In this document: positions 26,506 to 40,084 of the stretch, piece after piece | Layout: each line of letters starts with the position of its first letter | Position numbering within the stretch: position 1 is the first letter of the stretch | From: Octopus bimaculoides | Lineage: Eukaryota | Reading direction: 5' to 3' | Length of the DNA: 64,000 nucleotides | Assembly (NCBI RefSeq): GCF_001194135.2 | Contig: NC_068981.1 | Coordinates: 177,409,528 to 177,473,527 of the forward strand | Notes under the pieces: model-generated | What the model was told of the DNA's origin: nothing | What the model saw: the letters and a program-made list of their open reading frames with translations, nothing else | Databases searched by the model: none | Position numbers and translations under genes: made by a program

Positions 26506-27694
26506 ATCTGTGATTATCATGTTCCTTATTTTCTACCTTATATATAGAATACTACAATTAGCCGTCATTTTTGACAACACGGTGCCAGCTAGTTTTATAA
26601 AGAGATAGTAATGCTAAAAGGTCAAAATTTCTCAGACCTATTACCCTTAATTATTCATATATAATCTTTTTTCCTACACTTTTAAACCTAGAAATTGTAG
26701 GTGCATTATACCAGAGAACTAAATCCTTTTGGACATTATATATGTGAACTAAATCTATTTTCCAATTTTAACTGCATGACTATATTCATGACAGCGTAAA
26801 CTATATGTATTGTTCAAACTAACTGATAGGTAATGAAGAGTTTAAATCATTGTAATAATGTTACATTATTCTATCATAGTGATAATACATTAAATATTTA
26901 TGTTATTTCATAATAAGATCAGATCATACAATTGTGCCCATAAAGTTGTATCATACTCAAAGCTTTCTATCCAAAAGATTCAGAAGTGAAAAGTAAAACT
27001 GAAACCAAAAAAAAACTGATGAAATGTACTTAGTCTTCTATTTATATGCTGCAGTATACTTCAATTCGTGTAGAAATGCTGATACAAGGACATATACTTC
27101 TGAAAACTTTTGTATTTCAATAAACTGTTGTAGTAGGTAATATAAGGTATATTTTCCATGACTTCACAGTCAATATATTGTTTAATATATATAAACAATA
27201 TATAAATTAATATATCAAAATCATTCATACTGAAATGGACTGTACCTGAAATTCAAAGGTGAAGCTTTGTAACACACTGCCATATTGATTCTACCAAATG
27301 TCTGTAGGATACTCCACCATTTACACTATAATACAATGATTGGAAAGTTTTATTGATAGAAAAAACTGGAACATTGATCAGATCAGTCAAGGTTTGTTCA
27401 AGTGTCTGAGAAATAACCACATATCAATCTTTCTAATGCTTTAAAGTTGTTTTTTTTCCTAGCCACTGTGCAGAACTGTTGATACTTTGGACAAAAATAT
27501 AAAATTCAAAGCTAGTTCATAGCTTTCAAACTTTAATGGAAGTTTATCAAATGCACGTTTGTAAATTAAAATGAGCAGCGATATTTTGATGTGGGCAGTG
27601 GCGATACAGTGACTCATTCCTTGATAGGGTATGTATTAGGAGTAGTGGTAAATTTTATACCAGAGGAATGCTTGGCAAACTGGTAAAAGTTAAT

Positions 27695-28040
27695 TATTTA
27701 CATTTGACGGATGTTTGTCCTCATCTTGTTTGTTGTTAACACAGCGTTTCGGCTGATATGCCCTCCAGCCTTCATCAGGTGTCTTGGGGAGATTTCGAGC
27801 CTGGGTTCTCATTCCTAAGGTATTTTTCGATGATGTTGATGATGATGATGGTGGCAGTGGTGGTGGTGCTACTGCTGTTGTTGCTGTTCAGGCCACTGTC
27901 TGGAATTGGGCTCAGAGTCTTGCGGTTGGTGGCCCATGCTCTTAACCACTATGCCACGGGCATATGGCATAGTGGTTGAGAGCACAGGCTGCTGGCCCCA
28001 GGGTTCCGAGTTCGATTCCGGACAATGACCTGAATAATAA
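27695..28040 (-). mobile_element. tRNA-headed non-autonomous element with head-to-head duplicated 5' end and an HHR-like tail
   Basis: Inverted 70-bp arms 27887-27956 and 27965-28034, each with A box TGGCATAGTGG; B box GAGTTCGATTCC is intact in the right arm. The left arm runs through a trinucleotide tract into a hammerhead motif. Confidence 0.7.
27738..27783 (-). ncRNA. Minimal type I hammerhead ribozyme motif (U16.1 position is C, probably inactive copy)
   Basis: GACAC-CUGAUGA-A-GGCUG(GAGGGCAUAU)CAGCC-GAAA-C-G-C-U-GUGUU: stem I GACAC/GUGUU, stem II 5 bp, loopless stem III. Confidence 0.7.
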
Positions 28041-28043
28041 TAA

Positions 28044-28221
28044 CCCACTACACTCTCGGAGTGGTTGGCGTTAGGAAGGGCATCCAACTGTAGAAACTCT
28101 GCCAGATCAGATTGGAGTCTGGTGCAACCATCTGGTTCGCTAGTCCTCAGTCAAATCGTCCAACCCATGCTAGCATGGAAAGCGGACGTTAAACGATGAT
28201 GATGATGATGATGATGATGAT
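28044..28221 (+). mobile_element. 5'-truncated SINE family C with (GAT)n tail, adjoining the right arm of the palindromic element
   Basis: ggttggcgttaggaagggcatcc...atggaaagcggacgttaaacgatgatgat. Confidence 0.9.
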
Positions 28222-29452
28222 GTATACAATCGAAATGACAATATTTCCATTTATTTCACTAAATGGTTTTGACACATTAAACAATGTTTATATTGTGCAA
28301 TTCATTTTTTTGAATTAAAAACCTGCCACATCCTAAATGTCTGATGATCGAAACATATAAATCCAAGAATCATTTTGACGAAAATGTAAGAGAGAGTTCA
28401 AACGACCCTATTAAACAATAAAACTGTATATATGCTGTTATCAGAATCACATTGATTTTCTAGGGGGAAAAAAAAAAAAAGAAGAAAAGCATAATCATGT
28501 TGACTTTATATATAAAAGATGTACTTTTACAGCCAATGCTGTAAATGCTCAAAAGTCACTCCTTTTGAAAAGTAAACAAACGTAGAGTTATTTATTTGAA
28601 AGTTTTCAGATGAGAAATTTATGGAGATGTATGTTTGTCCTATGTCAAGATTTAAACCAGATTAAAGCAGTGAAATATATATTACTATATGTAACACAAA
28701 ATCTCCCATATTCAAAGTTTAGAAATCCAAAGACTGTTAGAGAAAAAACAATGCATAATAAAAGAAATTAGAGATATTTTTATAATCCATGAATAACTGA
28801 AATGAATAAATATAGAATTTGAAATAGATTATTATTAAAGGGTACTGTTTTCACTTCTTAACTGTTATTAATAGCACATGGTTAACTTATTAAACTAGTA
28901 CTGTTGAAAATGAAGTATCTATTATTTAGAAAAGTAAACAAAAATAGGATTATTTATTCAAAAGTTTTTAGAAGAGAAATTAACAAAAGAAAATATACAT
29001 CTAGCTAACAATGAGAGTTAAACAAGATCAAAACAACCAAATATATATACAAGATATAATGACATATATGAAATATCCAATATTCCAAACTAAGAAATTT
29101 GAAAATTTAAGACAAATAAAAAGATAAAAGTTACAGGGTGGATTGTGTTTTGCTTATTTTGAAGTATTTATTTATTATTTGAGGCATTTATTTATTTCAG
29201 TAAAGGAAGAAATAAATTATTCTTTGCATTCCTAACTATTGCTGGTTTCATTTTTAATTATGCCATTTTTATCAAATATATCATATCTTATATACACACA
29301 CTGACTTTTTTTTTAGTTGGTGCATATTCATAGACAATATGTATTTTTACTGGCATTCTATAATAAAAAAAATAGCAGTGGAAATTCACATGAGCGTATT
29401 AATGCGAATACAGTATTCAACTCTCAAAAACAGTGTACATGCATGTGCATGA

Positions 29453-29486
<34 letters not shown>

Positions 29487-31084
29487 CCATACATTTTCAC
29501 CTTTTATAAAAAGCAAAGCAAACCTTCTTTAGCCACTAACACAGTTCCAGTAAGTCAAAATCCAGAGTTCAGCTTATATCTAATGCTCACTCTTATTTAA
29601 TTTGCCTAGCTTTTCAACTTCTAGAACATGACTAACTCAACCCAACATTATCTTTACTTTTATGAACTCACTTTCAGCTTAAATATTTATCATTCAACAA
29701 AGTAGTTTGTTTTACACAATGATCTTAATTTTCTCATCAATGTTTTCATTGCAAATAGCTTGCAGTAACAAATTCTTTCAACTTGAATGTACTTCAGGAC
29801 TTGATTAATTTCTTCCATTTTCTTTCTTATCAACGTGGCCTAATTGCAGTAAACTCTAGAAACATAGACCCTAAATATTTGACAGTAGTTTAAAATTCTC
29901 CTTACTTTTACATTCATAATTAATCAACACTCATGCTGTTCGTGAACACTCTTAATAAACAGAATCCTCAAAAGCATCTTCCTATTCAATTAACAACACT
30001 GTCTCAGTCAACAAAACCAAAATATAAACATGATAATTTCAAAAGAACATTCCCAAAACTACTAACTCTCTAGAAAGTTCACCTGACAGCAGAATAACGG
30101 TCTCATATCTTAGACTGAGAACCCATTTGTCACATTATGCACTGTATCTGGAATAGGTCACTTAGTGAATACACTACAGTATCTACCCTGCTGTCAAACA
30201 ATATCCTCCCTATAAAATTCTTAAACTTGATAATAATTTAGATTCCATATCATTCCTCATTATCTCTGTACTTTCCCACTTCTCATATTGTGCTACAAAG
30301 ATCACAGTGAACCAGAATCAATGTCACTACAAATAACGAATTCTTCCTTGTACTAATGGCGCCATATACTGTGATATAACCCTATGGGCTGATATGTATT
30401 TTACTATATTCACTGCTATTTTGTCTCACTCCTGATTTTGAAAATCAATAGACATTACAATACATCTTACCTTGATTGATGTACAAGATGCTATCCCAAA
30501 ACCTCTTTCAATTCATTCTTAGAGAGCATATAAATGCTTCCTCTGTCTTTGTAAAAGTATATCAAGTTTCTCCTGACTGCTCTCAGATAAATTCCTCAAG
30601 TAACGAAAAAGTCCCTCATGACACACTGTCATCATACTTGTCTTTCTGATGGGACCTTATTTATATCTATTTATATCATTTGCAAAGCTGAAAGTTGTAA
30701 CTGCTAAGCAAATCATCAAAACTGTTCCAAATGGGAACAAAAAAACCTCATAAACATCATTATTTTTTGTTTCAAAATGTTTGTGCTCTGTTTTAACATC
30801 TACATCCATTTTTATTTGTCTTATTTTTCATTTTGTGCAGCTGTCAGTGTTTTTATTTGAGGGAATATTTGTATATTAACATTGTGTGTTGAATGTCTAC
30901 TAATAAGTAAAAAAAAATTTTTTTCTCTAAAACTGTGCAAAAAAAGAAAAAAATCGTCACCTTTTTTTGAATTAGTTCAAAGAATTAACACAGAAAAAGT
31001 TATCCAATATTAAAAAAAAAAAAAGAGTAATCTGGAAATGAGAGCATTATCAAACATGTTTTGTCATAGAAAAAGGCAATAATA

Positions 31085-31312
31085 ATGATAATTCTTTCTA
31101 TAATAGGCACAATGCCTGAAATTTTAGGGGATAAGGCTAGTTGATTATATCAACCCCAGAGGTTGGCTGGTATATAATACATCAACCCAAAAGAATGAAA
31201 GGCAAAGTCGACCTCTGAGAATTTGAACTCAGAACGTAAATACTTAAAGGTATTTTGTCTTTACCATTAAGCAGTTTGTCTGGCATGCTAACAATTCTAC
31301 CAGCTCACTACC
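31085..31312 (-). mobile_element. SINE family A
   Basis: Homologous to 1-180 with CpG decay; the head abuts (TAA)n. Confidence 0.75.
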
Positions 31313-31326
31313 ATAATAATAATAAC

Positions 31327-31377
<51 letters not shown>

Positions 31378-31378
<1 letters not shown>

Positions 31379-32090
31379 GGGCACTGGGATCACTAACAAC
31401 CAGGTTTGAGAAATGTGTTAGAGAAACTGGAATTGACATGAGGGTAGAACATTTTCAAAAAACTGACAATGAGGATTTTTGAGATTAGCACTTAGGTGTT
31501 AAGCATTGTGGAAAGAGACCCCGTGAGACCTTTGACAACAGGTTGCTGTCTGCTCTTACAGAATTAACATGAACAAGTAAAATTAGAGCTCTGAGAAGTG
31601 AAATAATAATAATTTCAAACTTTTTGAAGTATAATATGTCATTTTGGAACACAAATCTCCAATTATATCATTCTAATGGAGTACTAGCTTCAAACAATAT
31701 TAGCATCAACTGTGTCATTTACCAAAGTAACTCACTTTCACCTCTAATTTTTGGCATAACTCTAATACCTCTTACAAGTGAACTTAACAGAACAGAGTAT
31801 GGGTATAAAATTGACAATAAGAAAATAAGCCATCTGTTTTATATGGATGACTTAAAAAATCTATGGCATAGACAATGATGAGCATGAAGGCATATTACAT
31901 ACTGTGAAAGCATTCAGTGACAACATCAGAATGAAGTTTGGTCTTGATAAGTATGCCAAGGCCACTTTCCAAAAAAGGAAACTGAAAACCCCAAATTCAG
32001 TCATGTTAGATGTTAACTCAGTTATAAAAGAACTTGAGCAGGAACAAACCTATAAACATCTAGAATTAATGAAAGATCAGGAAGGAAGGT
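31378..32090 (+). mobile_element. Dong/R4-like (REL) LINE fragments: 3' end (31378-31612) then an RT fragment (31620-32090)
   Basis: ALGSLTTRFEKCVRETGIDMRVEHFQK resembles the R4/Dong C-terminus and ends in aataataataat. IYQSNSLSPLIFG, KISHLFYMDDLK and MKFGLDKYAK match the R2/R4 RT motifs. Confidence 0.75.
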
Positions 32091-32384
32091 TATGGGAGAA
32101 CTCTAGCAGTTCTGAAATCTGAGCTAAGTGCAGCATCAAAATATCATTTGAGAATGAGCCTAGGCTCAATGTCCTTGCAAGGAGTGCAAAAGATTGTTTT
32201 AACTGGTACATCACACATACTGAGAAGACTATTGTCATTGTGAGAATGATTACCACCCATGCAAATGATTTTTTTCTACATAACTTTATTTGATTTTGTA
32301 AATGGACAATCTGGTGTTTTTATTTTAATGGCCTATCAATGTATGCATCGAGTTTCTTTGCCAAGAAGACACCCAGCAAGAATA

Positions 32385-32598
32385 ATAGTTTCAAATTTTG
32401 GCACAGGGCCAGCAATTTTAGGGAAGGGGTAAGTTGATTACATCAACCTCAGTATTCAACTGATATTTATTTTATCAACCCCAAAGGGATGAAAGGTAAC
32501 ATCAACCTTGAAGGAATTTGAACTCAAAACACGAAGATGAACAAAATGCCACTAAGTATTTTTGACCAGCATTCTAACAATTCTGCCAGCTCACCGCC

Positions 32599-32646
<48 letters not shown>

Positions 32647-32857
32647 GTATCAAATTTTAGTACAAGACCAGCAAGTTTGGGGAGTGGGTAAGTTGATTAC
32701 ATTGACCCCAGTACTCAGCTGGTACTTATTTTATTGACTCCTGGAAGAATGAAAGGCAAAGATGACTTCAGCAGAATTTGAACCCAGAACGTGAAGACAA
32801 GTGAAATGCTGCCAAGCAACTTGCCTGGCGTGTTAACAATTCTGTCAGCTCGCTGCC

Positions 32858-32914
<57 letters not shown>
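32385..32914 (-). mobile_element. Two tandem SINE A copies separated and followed by (TAA)n tracts
   Basis: Copies at about 32385-32600 and 32646-32858; (TAA)n at about 32600-32645 and 32859-32914. Confidence 0.8.
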
Positions 32915-32916
<2 letters not shown>

Positions 32917-33899
32917 GAGGTTGGCCAGCAACAAGAAAACTCAACAGCAAATTAGGAAGTGAGAACACCAACAAGTCTTGTGATGGATGAAAGCATCTTC
33001 TTTTCTGAAGATTGTCTTGCATAAGATGAAATTTGGTTTGAAGTTGCAAATTGATTTTACTTCATCAGATCTTCAGATAAAACTAAATTCTCTTTTCCAT
33101 AGACAAAATCCTTTAAAATAGTGCCTTGAATAAAAGTGAGTTTAATCTGGATGAGTGCTCTTCAGATCCTTTCACAATGATCAAAAGAACTTTTGGCCTT
33201 CTTACTTTAGTACCTAAGGTTACTTTCCAGACATACAATGTAAAAACAAAGTTGTCACTCTTCGTTCAAATATTTGATGTTTTTTTATAAAAGAGATTTT
33301 CTTATTGAGTCTTCTTCATCTTGAGGAAGACTATTTCAACAGAAAAATGTAAATGTATTAAAATTGTCTTCAGCTAATCAAATTGAAGTGGCTTTGATAG
33401 AAAATTCAGCTGACTAAACTGGTTTAGTGCGATGGTTAATCATATATTATTCACTGGTTGTTCACAATGTAAGGTAAATTGCACATGTAGACAATGATTA
33501 TACTAAAATTTGAGTTTTCAAATATTTCATTTACCAGCATCAATATATTTACAAATGTACATCCAACAAATTAATGGAGCAACATTCAATGAATGTAACA
33601 GTTAGGGATCTTCAGTATATATAACTTGCTGGGTAATGTTATAAAGTAGTGCAGGTAATTTAAGTCACTGCATATAATTAAAGTGCTTTACTCAACGCTA
33701 CAACTTAAGGTTGGTACCTTTTGTCGAGTACAGCATAGGCATGTTACATAAGAAAAATGAAAGAGTGGGAGAGAGAGACTGATCAACTTGCTGTAACAAA
33801 TAATAGAGATTCCTCTAGGCAGATTAGTAGCTCTCTGAAATGAGATTGAATTTGTCAGATTTTATAGCTGTAAGTCAGCTTCTAGAATCTTCAGCCAAA

Positions 33900-34900
33900 C
33901 TGGTTGGTGGGAAAATTCACTGAGCTACTTTGAAGTTTACTACATCACCAATAAGTCAGCCAGTATTGATTGGTTGAGCCATATTCATGTATGCATTAAT
34001 ACCTTTTAGGGGAACACTTTTCCTTTTATTGAGATGCATTAATTTGTGATTCTTGATTAGGAAAAACTGACAGCTGTGGTTCAAATCTTTGCTAGGGTTT
34101 CACTACGCAAGTGAAGAAATATGAGGTCATTGTTTAATGTATTCCCTTCAACTCGAAATTCATCAATGAGAGAATCATCATCTAAGATAGTAATTTAGGT
34201 ACCTGTGTGAATAATGTAAGTTAAATAACGCCAACAATATCAATAAAATTGTTTCACAATCAATAACTAAATGCATTTAAAACAGCTAGATTTCTCTTGT
34301 CAAACAATTCCAACAATTTTGATTTGCTATCATATATTTAAATCATAATACTTAGGTTAGCTTATCCAGCAAGAATAGCCAAACTAACCAAGTGTTACGG
34401 TTGAACATGTCAGATTTAAAGATGGGATGTTTCGCTCTATTACTCTAAAATTCTGCTTAGAGAAAATTTGTCAGCATCAATAGAGTTTTATATCCTTCTG
34501 GTGTTGATTTATGGATTAGATATATTTTGAATGGACAAGTGGGCTGTTTCTGGCATATTGAGTTCATGAATCATCATCATATATTAGAGTAACTCAATAG
34601 CAATATCAACAGGACAGGGTTGGTAACTACCCATTCAATACGTCAAATCACTTGAGCAATAATTGCTAAAATAGTTAACTTTTTGTTGAGTGTAAGATAC
34701 CTTTCATCAGTTGTATGATATTTTTTAGCAAGGATTGATAAACTTATTTTTCTATCCTTCATTAAATCCTCTTTCCATTGAGTGCTTTCTTCTGAAACTC
34801 TTTCATGATTCTAGTATTGATTCTATGCTGCATTGCAGGCATCATATGCTTATAAATTTATCACTCTTTCTTTCCTTCTATTTTTCTCTCTGTATTTATA
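33900..34900 (-). mobile_element. Highly decayed Penelope-like element (RT thumb region)
   Basis: KHPIFKSDMFNRNT followed by GYSC in a shifted frame resembles the PLE HxxxKIFNRNTxKxSYSC motif. Confidence 0.45.
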
Positions 34901-36349
34901 TATTACATCTGAGTTATATTTAAGTGTTAATGATTGTGTACTAGCACTAAGAGTTTAACCAGTATGATGAAAAAGACAAGGTCTTGAAAATGGCATCAAT
35001 ATTGATATTACTCCATCCATTACAATTTTCTCAATAGAACACAGCCAGTCACTTGTACCTCTCTAACTTCCTCTCCTTCCTTCTATTGAACTCTCCAAAG
35101 CTTTCTCAATGATAACATCATCAAAGAACAGACAGATCAATGTCTGAAAAAAAAACAAGCTAAAATATTTCCATTTATTTATTTATTGTAAATGGAGATT
35201 GAAAGAAAATATCAAAAGTTAACAGAAAGAGGTTGAAGTAAAACTGTAAGAATATAGAGTGTCTATAAAAAGGTAACTGAATAAAGTTATTAAAATGTAG
35301 TATGCATAAAAAGATGGCTGGATGAAAACATTAAAATGTAGTGTATATAAAATAAGACATTAGACTATAGAAAGCCAAAGAAGGAGTTGAAGTAAAAATA
35401 GATGAAAATGTATGTATAAAAGTGTAGCATAAGAAATATTCCACTGGAAGGAAAAGCATGTATAAAAGAACATTTGAAGATATGGAAATAGAAGTAGGAA
35501 AACCTCATCAGAATTCCATTTTCTAAGTCAAGTAAAATTGTTTTCAAAATGGATGATGGGTGAGGTGGGGATATTTTACCACTAAAACAACAATATGTTC
35601 CAACAGTTCAATTCTGATTGCCCTCAGAGAACTGTCATCTCTTGTATTTTTCAGTTACCTCTAATTCTTTTTTCTCATCCACTAACAGCATAACATTCAA
35701 CATCTAGCATTTTCTCTTCAAATTTTGTTTGATATAAGCCTTTTATTAATAGGATCCCTTTTGGCATCAATAATGATCAAAGGATAAAAGGAATTTTAGT
35801 ATCGCATAAACACAAACTATGCAATCCTTTATTGTAGATGCTTTCACTAACATCTTCCAAATGAAGAACTTTTCAATATTACTAGTTAAACATCTCTTTC
35901 AAATACCCTGAAAAACTATATTCCCCAGATGACTTCAAAAAGATAAAGCTTCATTTTCAATTTCAGTCTCTTTACAAAATATAAATTTATTGAGTATATA
36001 TACCCAAATCTAGAGCATTACTGTGGAGTGTGGTCATTAGCATCCAAGACCAGTTTCAGAGGGCTATCCAACTGACTGATAAATGTTTTACAAACTCTAA
36101 CACCTGACCTATTGGCTTTGCTTCTGTTATTATCATTTCCAAATATCTACTTTTTGTAAGTAACATCTTATACCTGTCTCTCCACCCAGGCAATTTATCT
36201 CTCCTCTATCCATCATCCTTACTGTGACTCACCCCCCAGACATCACACAATAACCTACAATGCATGTATTGTGATTCACACTACCTGCAAGCTTTTCTAT
36301 CATTCAAATTGCAGTAGAACCTTTAGATCCCTTGCAACAAAGTTCTTTA

Positions 36350-37850
36350 CTAGACTTGTGGAATTATCCTATCGACCCTTTTGCAACTAAGATGGTTCTA
36401 CTATCAGTACTCCTGAAAAAAAGCCTCTACATTTATTAACTGCTTCTCAATCCTTCTAACAGCAACCTCTCTGACTTTGTGAGCTACCAAACTACTACCC
36501 TCACTTTCAAAATTCCAAAGATGATGGAAATAGATGCTAACAATCAGCTAGTTCATTTCCTTGAACTTCCCACCCTTATTTAACAACCACAATATGGATT
36601 TTGTAGAGCCAGATCAACAAAGATTTGTTTTCCTATGTCACTCATTTTTCATCCCTCAACCTTCAGAACTTTAGTGAAAATAGTAGTTACATGTAACATC
36701 ACCAAAGCTGTTGACTATGTCTAGCATGTAAAACATCTAGTTAAGTTGCCGGGGGACTATGATCGCAGCCTACTTCTTATTTCTTAATTTGTAAGATTCT
36801 TGAGTGGGTAGTTTCTGCACCATTACCACTCAATCTTATCTTGTACCAACTATGTCCATTATTACTAACTATTCTTTCTCTACATTAATGAAATGCTTGA
36901 TGTCATTTCTAACAATATACACTCCTATCAGATGATACTATTTTTGCTCCTTAACTTTCTTCACATAGGTTTCATGAATATATGATAGAAACACTTTGCA
37001 ACAGTTACATACTGAGCATGAACAGAGACCTTGTCAATACTGCTGAATGGGAGATTAGTAACTCATCTCTTTCACAAACACAGACATAATCATTACATGC
37101 TTCAAGAAAATAAACCTGTACTTCTTGCAAGTTAATTGGCAAACCCTCTAGTGCTATTGGTACAAGAAAAGCACCAAGCACACACTGCAAAGTGATTGGC
37201 ATTAGGAAGGGTATCCAGCCAAAGAAAACACATCAAAGCTGACATTGGAGCTCATTGCAGCCTTGTAGCTTACCAGATCCTGTCAAACCATCCAACCTAT
37301 GCTAGCATGGAAAACAAATGCTAAATGATGATGGTGATGATGATAATTCACCTCCAGCTCATGAACAGCTCAGCTAAAATCTTCAAAGTCACTACAATGC
37401 TTAACCCCTCAATCTCTGATGATATCTTATGGTGATCCCACATTTATTAACTGTGCTCAAACTGCATTACAAAGACAAAGATTGTTTTTTAAATCCTCAA
37501 AGTAACTGAGCAGTTGTTAGCAGTAAAGGTCAAATGAGATACACACCAGACTACTGCTTGCATAAATGGGACAATGCTACTGCTACATATACATCTTGGA
37601 TCGCATCTAAAAGAATAACATTTGATTGATTGGCAAAGATTCAATCCTAACACACTTCAATAACTAACTCCTAGACATGAAGCTTTCTCTACTTCTTCAC
37701 TCAACATAATAGCCTAGATGCCTAATCTCTCCACCCAGGCAATTTATCTCTCCTCTATCCATCATCCTTACTGTGACTCAGCTCCCAGACATCACACAAT
37801 AACTTCAAGCAGTCCTTCTTCCCCAGAATTCTCTTAATCTCTCCTGCACA
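36350..37850 (+). mobile_element. CR1/Jockey-like LINE, decayed, interrupted by a SINE C-related copy (37130-37345)
   Basis: Remnants NNQLVHFLE, QPQYGFCRARST, NITKAVDY, and a 3' SFFPR-like end. Confidence 0.6.
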
Positions 37851-38213
37851 TATTTCCCCTACAGATATAGATATATAAAAGTTTAAACTAACCATCATAC
37901 AAAGGCTATAAGCATTGCTTCTCTTCCTCTGAATATCTTATTAAACATGCACACATACATGTGCATAAGCATGCAGGTGTTGTGTGCACAATATTTTTTA
38001 TGTGCATGTTATACACGTGTAATCATTTACAAAATAAGACAAAATATGCTCATGCATACAACACACACTCATATACAAAGTACCATTTCCAGTGATATAA
38101 ATTTAAGCAAAGTTTCAAAAGTTTAATAGAAAGGAAATAACTTTTTTCTCTCAAGCTATAATGGAAAAGACCTATGTTTAGCTGTACTTCTTTAACTGAT
38201 AAACTGAGCAAAT

Positions 38214-38252
<39 letters not shown>

Positions 38253-40084
38253 AAGGGCACATGTGTATGTGCACATTTGTATACAAGCATGTGTAGACAG
38301 TTTGTGAGACTGTGATTAACAGAAAGATAAGACATAAATTAATAGAAACAGCATAGCATTAGATATATTAACATATATACTTATATTTCTATTACTAAAT
38401 CATTGGTTATCTTTGAAAATATTAATTAATTTTCCATTTGGCTTCATAAGGAATTTAAGAGCTGAGTTATGCATTCAGATGAATTATCAAAATCTCTGAA
38501 ATCCATTTAAATGCTACAGAAGTAACATTATAAAATAAAGCTGAACAACGAAGGAAGTAATATTTTGATTTATTCATGTTGGCCTTGGTGTAAGTAAAGC
38601 ACGCAAAATGAAGAGGTGATTCACCCAATAAAACAACACAAATAGTAATAAATTTTTATATGAATCCATTATGACTTATCAGAAAAGTCTGAACAAAAAT
38701 TCAAGGTAAAATAACAGAATAAATTTCATATTGTTAATAGTTAAAAATTATATGTTGTTAATATCATATAACTGGATCTCTTATCTAATCATTGAGTAAA
38801 ATCAACATTACATATGGTGTTATGCAATAAAATCAATCCTAGGTCTTCCAAAAAAAGCCATAAGAAAACTCACTTTTATTTAACTGTGTATAACTGAGTT
38901 GTCAATGCCGCAATGAAAGTCTAATCTCAGGATTATATAAGCAAGGCTGCTACTCAATTGCAATAATGTATATTTAAACTAGCAATACATAAAGAAATAA
39001 ACAAATAAACGAATGTTAATGTTAATGTTAAATGAAAGAGAAATAGTCAATAGGATGATTTTCTGACAGATATGCTTAAGCAAAGACATCTATAGCTAAT
39101 TTACTAACAACAATGGAAGCATGCACTGAAAAATATGACTGCACCCAAAAGAGGCATAGCCATAGAAAACAAAAGAAAAATCTATTACAATTTTATCTCT
39201 CTTTATTTTTCTTGCTCTCTCTCCCTAAGACACTCACACACAAACATAAAATGAAAAGAGGCAGCAGCATATATATACTTAGAATATGTTAAACATCCCA
39301 AAATGTATGCACATACACTTGCAAAAAGGAAAGCTGCACATACTACACATACATGTAAACACCACTGTTATCATTTTAACATCAATATTTCCACATTTGC
39401 ATGAGTCAGATAAGACTAGGCTGGGGCAGTGCTTTCTATGGCTGGATGCCCTTTCATTTGAATGAGCCTTTAGTTTACAACCTGCAAACACATGAAGACT
39501 AAGAGAAGTACAAACTCACTGCTACAAACACACATACATATTTCTCTCAATCTCTCTTCTCTCCACACACACGCAGTTGTGAAGAATGGCTTCCAAATTG
39601 TTGAGCCTAGCAGAAAGTATGACAAAAGATCAACATGCTTGTGAAGACCTCATCTAAGTTATATTGTAGCCCTAAAGGCATGTTGTTTATGTCTCTGCTC
39701 CAGTACACTACCTGTTCCTAATGGATCTCTCTCTCACAACTCATCTTCCTAACACCCCCACTCCTTACACCTGGGTTCATCACCCACATCAGTTCCCCTC
39801 CCTTCTATCTCTCACTGTCCTTTCACACTCTCACAAACTTACCTACCAGCCCACACTGTCTCTGTACCACTTCACTTATATTCACCTGCTTGTAACCTGA
39901 GGGTATATCCCATCTTCATCATCATCATCATCTTTCTTTCTCCTCCCCTCTCTTTTTCCCATCTGGAGTAGACATGTATCTCCTATAAAGCAAAACTTTT
40001 GTTTCTGTCTGTCTATCATACTTTAACTTCTCTTCACCTGCTCCAAAGCTACTGCCCTCAATACTATTCCCCAGTCAGTTTAGG

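Noticed and set aside
27887-28034. tRNA genes
   Set aside because: A and B boxes are present but no cloverleaf acceptor stem; these are SINE-type heads. The same applies to all other tRNA-like heads in the window.
28341-28354. CUGAUGA-UC-GAAAC hammerhead-like core
   Set aside because: No stem II, no convincing stem I or NUH, and no homology to the left-arm tail of the palindromic element.
33004-33045. CUGAAGA-hairpin-GAAA motif
   Set aside because: No stem I, stem III or cleavage triplet; chance match.
34701-34791. Open frame ESTQWKEDLMKDRKISLSILAKKYHTTDE with a donor site
   Set aside because: Poor acceptor and embedded in a probable PLE fossil.
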